This document shows, piece after piece, positions 59,730-64,000 of a DNA stretch of 64,000 bases. Below the pieces are notes generated by a model. It searched no databases and was not told the DNA's origin. It saw only the letters and a list, made by a program, of their open reading frames with translations. The stretch lies in IMG/VR virus record IMGVR_UViG_3300009036_000501. One strand, written 5' to 3'. Every line of letters begins with the position of its first letter. Within the stretch, counting starts at the first letter, position 1. Made by a program: the position numbers and the translations under genes. The DNA is from an uncultured virus (IMG/VR IMGVR_UViG_3300009036_000501). Lineage: Duplodnaviria > Heunggongvirae > Uroviricota > Caudoviricetes.

Positions 59730-59936
59730 ATGTCAAATGTGAGTACGCATTACGTCATTACACCTCAAGGATATGTTAGTATTACACAAGTATGCAAAGA
59801 CTTAGGGCTGTCACGTCCAACTATAAACAGATGGATAAAGAAGATATCTCAGATCGAAAAATTGGTCGTGAACGAAGTGCACTACATCTCTATTGCAGAT
59901 GTAGATAAGATCAAAGAGGCTAGGTCTAGTGGGTAA
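59730..59936 (+). CDS. Small HTH DNA-binding protein
   Basis: SITQVCKDLGLSRPTINRW. Confidence 0.75.
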   Translation: MSNVSTHYVITPQGYVSITQVCKDLGLSRPTINRWIKKISQIEKLVVNEVHYISIADVDKIKEARSSG

Positions 59937-60080
59937 AGAACTTGCGTTTGACCAATGTGGAACATTTACTGTGACGACAATGCAACCGCCCACCCTTGGA
60001 GAATACCCCTGCACATGTTTGATCACACCCCACAAATGATACTCAGGTGGGAGAGACTAACAAAAGTCCCTCCCACAATA

Positions 60081-61280
60081 CTATTTGTTGGTACCTTGGA
60101 ACCCTGCATCTAAGAAATCGACCAGATGCACCAACCATCCCTCTATTGTTGCCGGAATTGCTGGGCTCCCCCACTCCACCTTACCATGGTGAGAAGCCAT
60201 AACGTTTATATAGTGCCAGTATACTTTATCCTCTAACACGATATTTTCCTCTTGGAGGAAGTTCTGGAACATAAGCGGGCCAATAACACGATGCTCTGCT
60301 ATTCCCATGAGAGGATCCCTGTTTATTCCCCCTTCAATGGAGTACTCATTTATTTTCCCCATATCATGCCAAATGATGGCAGCCAACACAAAATCATAGT
60401 CGACCTCGCGAGTTTTTTTGTTTACCATTTGCTTAGTCATATTCACCATAATAGAGTACATGTGAGACATAGTGTTCTCAAAAGATCTGATATTCTCTGG
60501 AATGACCCCTGTATCGGACTCTTTGAATGCTTTTAAGGTCACCAAAGCATTGTCCGCAATTTTCATATACAGGGCTGAGGCTTTGCTTACCGGGTCTTTG
60601 CTACGATCTTGTGTTAAAAAGTACCCTAAACGGAGCAGACCCCAAGTGTGCTCTAGCAACCCGAAGAGGTATGCGTGGTGGTGTCTTGTAGCAGCAGGGC
60701 TCAAGATAAACTTGTCCCAATACTTCTTCAACGCGTTTAAGGCTACACTTCTATGAGGCTCCTTCAGTGTGTCCAGTATGAGATAAACTTCCACAATGAT
60801 ATCGCTCATATCAGCAGAACATTTAGGCAGATACCCTAGGTAAGCATCTGGAGATCTCTTTTTGTCCGTATCTACAGACATGTTAGTGATTTGGAGAGTT
60901 TTCTTGCCAGACCCTTTTGGAAATTCTTCTACTTTCGCCACAATGTCTATGAAAGGATACTTGTCCACCACTTCTTCTTTGGCATATTTCAAGTCCAGTC
61001 CAGGTTTATGGAACACATTTGCTTGATATGTACCCATCGAATCATAGACTTTCATTTTAAGCATGGGATCGCCTTTCTTTGTTGTCATCATTTCACAATT
61101 ATTGATCATGACAGTGGTCTGCACCTCTGTCCCAAACGGTGCCATGTGTATAGCTTTATTTTCTCGGACCTGTGGTACTGGGAACATCTCAAGTATCTCA
61201 GTACGTCTGTCAGTGTTGACATCAATCCCTGTGTCGATCAACCCGAATAGATGTTTTTGAGCGTGTGGGAACATATACAT
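60081..61280 (-). CDS. OB-fold + HD domain protein (YhaM-like 3'-5' exoribonuclease)
   Basis: TTKKGDP OB start, PAATRHHH..GLLEH, HDMGK, SHHG..EWGSP, D..DA. Confidence 0.85.
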   Translation of the reverse strand: MYMFPHAQKHLFGLIDTGIDVNTDRRTEILEMFPVPQVRENKAIHMAPFGTEVQTTVMINNCEMMTTKKGDPMLKMKVYDSMGTYQANVFHKPGLDLKYAKEEVVDKYPFIDIVAKVEEFPKGSGKKTLQITNMSVDTDKKRSPDAYLGYLPKCSADMSDIIVEVYLILDTLKEPHRSVALNALKKYWDKFILSPAATRHHHAYLFGLLEHTWGLLRLGYFLTQDRSKDPVSKASALYMKIADNALVTLKAFKESDTGVIPENIRSFENTMSHMYSIMVNMTKQMVNKKTREVDYDFVLAAIIWHDMGKINEYSIEGGINRDPLMGIAEHRVIGPLMFQNFLQEENIVLEDKVYWHYINVMASHHGKVEWGSPAIPATIEGWLVHLVDFLDAGFQGTNK

Positions 61281-61422
61281 TCTCCTCCTTTGATATGTGC
61301 CATCTTATCACTTACATACAATATATGTCAATGGATTTGTATTTCAAAATGCAAGTATTGTGTATGTAGGTGAGACATGTTTAAATGTAAGATAGAGGAA
61401 CTAATGGGAGGAGACTAAGTAT

Positions 61423-63654
61423 ATGACTATGTTACGAAACTTTGATGTGGATAAGCTCTTCCGTGATGCAGGAGAGTACAAAAAAGAACTAATGTTCTTA
61501 GATCAGATCAATGATAAGATCAAAACTGTATCCGAACGACTTCATGTACTAAATCAAAACAAAAAATACACTACTCCAGACATGGCAGACGTGTTGGATG
61601 ATGAAATCAACAAGGAACTGAATGAATATGCATACCTCAAAGAAAGTCGCGATCAGTCATACGCGGTTGTAGCACGGGCAGAGAAGTACTTGGGCCAGAG
61701 TATCGATGCTTTGAGCACTCTTGACTCTTTGGATACACCCCATGGGGAAAAGTTGAGAGTGACCAAAAGTGAAGATCACTTGATGGCTAGGGTACAATTA
61801 GTAGACAATCAAAACAGAGTAGTAGAAGATATACCCTTAAATATGTCCTCGGATGAGGATGGTATTAAAAAAATACAGGGGCTTGTAAATGACTTGAAGG
61901 CGCGTCAACTTGAGATACAATCAGAAGGAGTATCTTTCGATGACATACCTGTTCAGCAACAATCTATAGACACTACAGTAGGATATGCTGATCGCGCTAA
62001 TGAGAAACTAGGCATGTTCGCACAAATGAAACGATATATAGGGCAACTGAACGAACGTGTCCCTGAGCTTATTGAGAAAGCAAAAGATTTATCAAAAGTT
62101 ATGCTAGAACATTCGCGGCAAGCATTCGGAAAACTCCGTGTGAGTATCAATGAGTGGGGCCAGACGTCTCTGGGTGAGTACCGTTCCGTCAGGAAAGCTT
62201 TTGGCTCATTAAATGAACTTGAAGATCTAATCTCTTCCAACGAAAAAGGCATAGAATCCTTCACACGAGAGAAAGACGCAGCCAACGCAGAGATATATAA
62301 ACTTCAACTTGACAAATCTCGACTATTATCTTCGCGGTTTTCAGTACACAAACTGTGGGGACCAATAGAGAAGAGAATAGAGAACCTTGATGCAAAAATA
62401 GCAGCTGTGACCTCTAAAGTGCAAGAGAGAGAAAATGCCCTAAATAACGTATTGGCCCAAAGCAAAAATGTGTTTAAGTCGAGTGTGGACCGCCTAATAC
62501 ATGATACACTTGATGTTCGTAACAAGACAATAGGAAATACAACAATCGAGGTCAATTCGACAGATGACAGTGTGTATGCCGCTCTTATATCAAAAGGTGA
62601 AGTTATAGAGTATGTTTCTCTTAACAGATCAGGTGAATTGACTATTGATCAAATAGAGAATCTCAAACACTTCAATAAAGCTGTACGCACCCTAAGTCCA
62701 CAGTCCATAACACTGGATACTGTACAAACGGAAGATAAGGAGAATGAAACTTCGCAATATCTCAATGATCAAAGGAATATGTACAGGGATGCTATTGGTA
62801 TAAAATTGGCCAATATTCAAAAACTGCCTGCAGAGGTAGGACGAAATAGTTTGAATGTACATGCGGTGGAATTGATGGGGGCTCTTCGTGACCACAGTGA
62901 TTTCACTAACATGGGAGCAGATGTAGAATATAGAGATGGCCAGTTAAGAGTGACTTTTGTGAATTCACAATCCTCAAATAACGAGTCACAGTATACACTG
63001 GATATACCACCATCCGTCGGTGATGGGCTGATGGTAGAAATAGGCAAACTGGCTAACACGAATGATATAGTCTACACTCAGGATGCATCAGAGGATTTCG
63101 CAATAACCTCTGAAATGCACATGGATCAGTATAAAAAGATGGCCAGTCAAATACAAAGACAAGCAACTAGGAATAAATTGGATGGAACCGAGGTCAAGAA
63201 GCAGATGGAGGCACTGAACACATCCACAATGCAAAGACTGTCTGTAATGAACCAATCAAAATTAGGCGACAAAACATTATTCGTTACTGCCTATGCCGGA
63301 GGCATCAAGATGTTGCTTCAAGACTCCGCAGGGAAACAACAAGTGGTGTTAGTACCTGTAGGGTTGGATGGCAAGTTGCAATTTACAAACTTGGAACAAC
63401 TAAGTCGTGAATTGAAACAAGCAGCGGATGTGCAGAGACAAGAGCCGAAAGATGTGGAAAGGGAGATAATTACTCCACACGAAACAACAAACGAGCAAAC
63501 AGTCGAAGTGGAAAGACAAAGTGTAGAAGAGTTGCCACAGTCTAGGGAACAAGAGCCTGCGGCAGAAGAAAGGGATATATTTGCAGCGATAAGACAAGTA
63601 CGTAGTGATGTGGCCACGCGTGTTGAGGAAAGAGAACATGAAAAGATACGGTAA
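61423..63654 (+). CDS. Large coiled-coil hypothetical protein
   Basis: 743-aa ORF, helical, charged C-terminus. Confidence 0.75.
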   Translation: MTMLRNFDVDKLFRDAGEYKKELMFLDQINDKIKTVSERLHVLNQNKKYTTPDMADVLDDEINKELNEYAYLKESRDQSYAVVARAEKYLGQSIDALSTLDSLDTPHGEKLRVTKSEDHLMARVQLVDNQNRVVEDIPLNMSSDEDGIKKIQGLVNDLKARQLEIQSEGVSFDDIPVQQQSIDTTVGYADRANEKLGMFAQMKRYIGQLNERVPELIEKAKDLSKVMLEHSRQAFGKLRVSINEWGQTSLGEYRSVRKAFGSLNELEDLISSNEKGIESFTREKDAANAEIYKLQLDKSRLLSSRFSVHKLWGPIEKRIENLDAKIAAVTSKVQERENALNNVLAQSKNVFKSSVDRLIHDTLDVRNKTIGNTTIEVNSTDDSVYAALISKGEVIEYVSLNRSGELTIDQIENLKHFNKAVRTLSPQSITLDTVQTEDKENETSQYLNDQRNMYRDAIGIKLANIQKLPAEVGRNSLNVHAVELMGALRDHSDFTNMGADVEYRDGQLRVTFVNSQSSNNESQYTLDIPPSVGDGLMVEIGKLANTNDIVYTQDASEDFAITSEMHMDQYKKMASQIQRQATRNKLDGTEVKKQMEALNTSTMQRLSVMNQSKLGDKTLFVTAYAGGIKMLLQDSAGKQQVVLVPVGLDGKLQFTNLEQLSRELKQAADVQRQEPKDVEREIITPHETTNEQTVEVERQSVEELPQSREQEPAAEERDIFAAIRQVRSDVATRVEEREHEKIR

Positions 63655-63766
63655 TACAACAAAGGGGGCTTCCAATATGGAAGTCCCCTTAAATGATTGA
63701 CACTACTGTTAGTATGTGATTTAATATACATACAAAACATGAAAGAAAGGCGTGAACACACATATT

Positions 63767-64000
63767 ATGAAGAATATTATTGCATATAGCAGTTTAGGGA
63801 TATATTTCCTGTTCTGTATGCTTGCAGTAGTATCTCAGATGCCTGGACTGATTATGCATCCAATAGAGTACTATGATAACTTCCAAGTACTACATCCTCA
63901 GTGGATCGGTCTATTATTTTTAGGTGCTGTGATAGTATTGCGGAAGAAATACAGCAACTTACGGTCGGGAAAATTCCAGTCTATGTTTATACTGTCGATA
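63767..64000 (+). CDS. Membrane protein, truncated by window end
   Basis: Open hydrophobic frame from ATG 63767 to the end. Confidence 0.55.
   Translation, partial: MKNIIAYSSLGIYFLFCMLAVVSQMPGLIMHPIEYYDNFQVLHPQWIGLLFLGAVIVLRKKYSNLRSGKFQSMFILSI

Overview
This AT-rich window looks like part of a very large mobile replicon (jumbo phage or megaplasmid) of a spore-forming Bacillota host. The host inference rests on sigA-type promoters, AGGAG RBSs, and spoVS, Spx-like, IDEAL and YitT genes. No virion or conjugation genes are recognisable, so phage versus plasmid cannot be decided. It carries DNA/nucleotide genes (gyrA, gyrB, nrdIEF, thyA, dfrA, adenine deaminase, deoxyribosyltransferase), a P-loop helicase next to an iteron-type origin, a J-domain/pseudokinase-vWA-PurA-like operon, four ankyrin proteins, three putative ADP-ribose erasers, and 25 hand-folded tRNA genes. 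Top observation: two tandem promoter-leader peptide-terminator cassettes (19.5-20.2 kb) precede tsf and a 22-tRNA array. The leader peptides are built almost only from the eight amino acids (Pro, Met, Thr, Val, Leu, Lys, Ala, Asn) whose tRNAs the array encodes, and each cassette has a plausible antiterminator. This suggests a multi-tRNA-sensing attenuator controlling a backup tRNA set. Second: a cluster of tRNA-derived non-canonical structured RNAs at 7.5-9.6 kb (circularly permuted Y-RNA-like, expanded-arm and double-T-arm forms). All RNA folds and family calls were made by eye and need computational confirmation.
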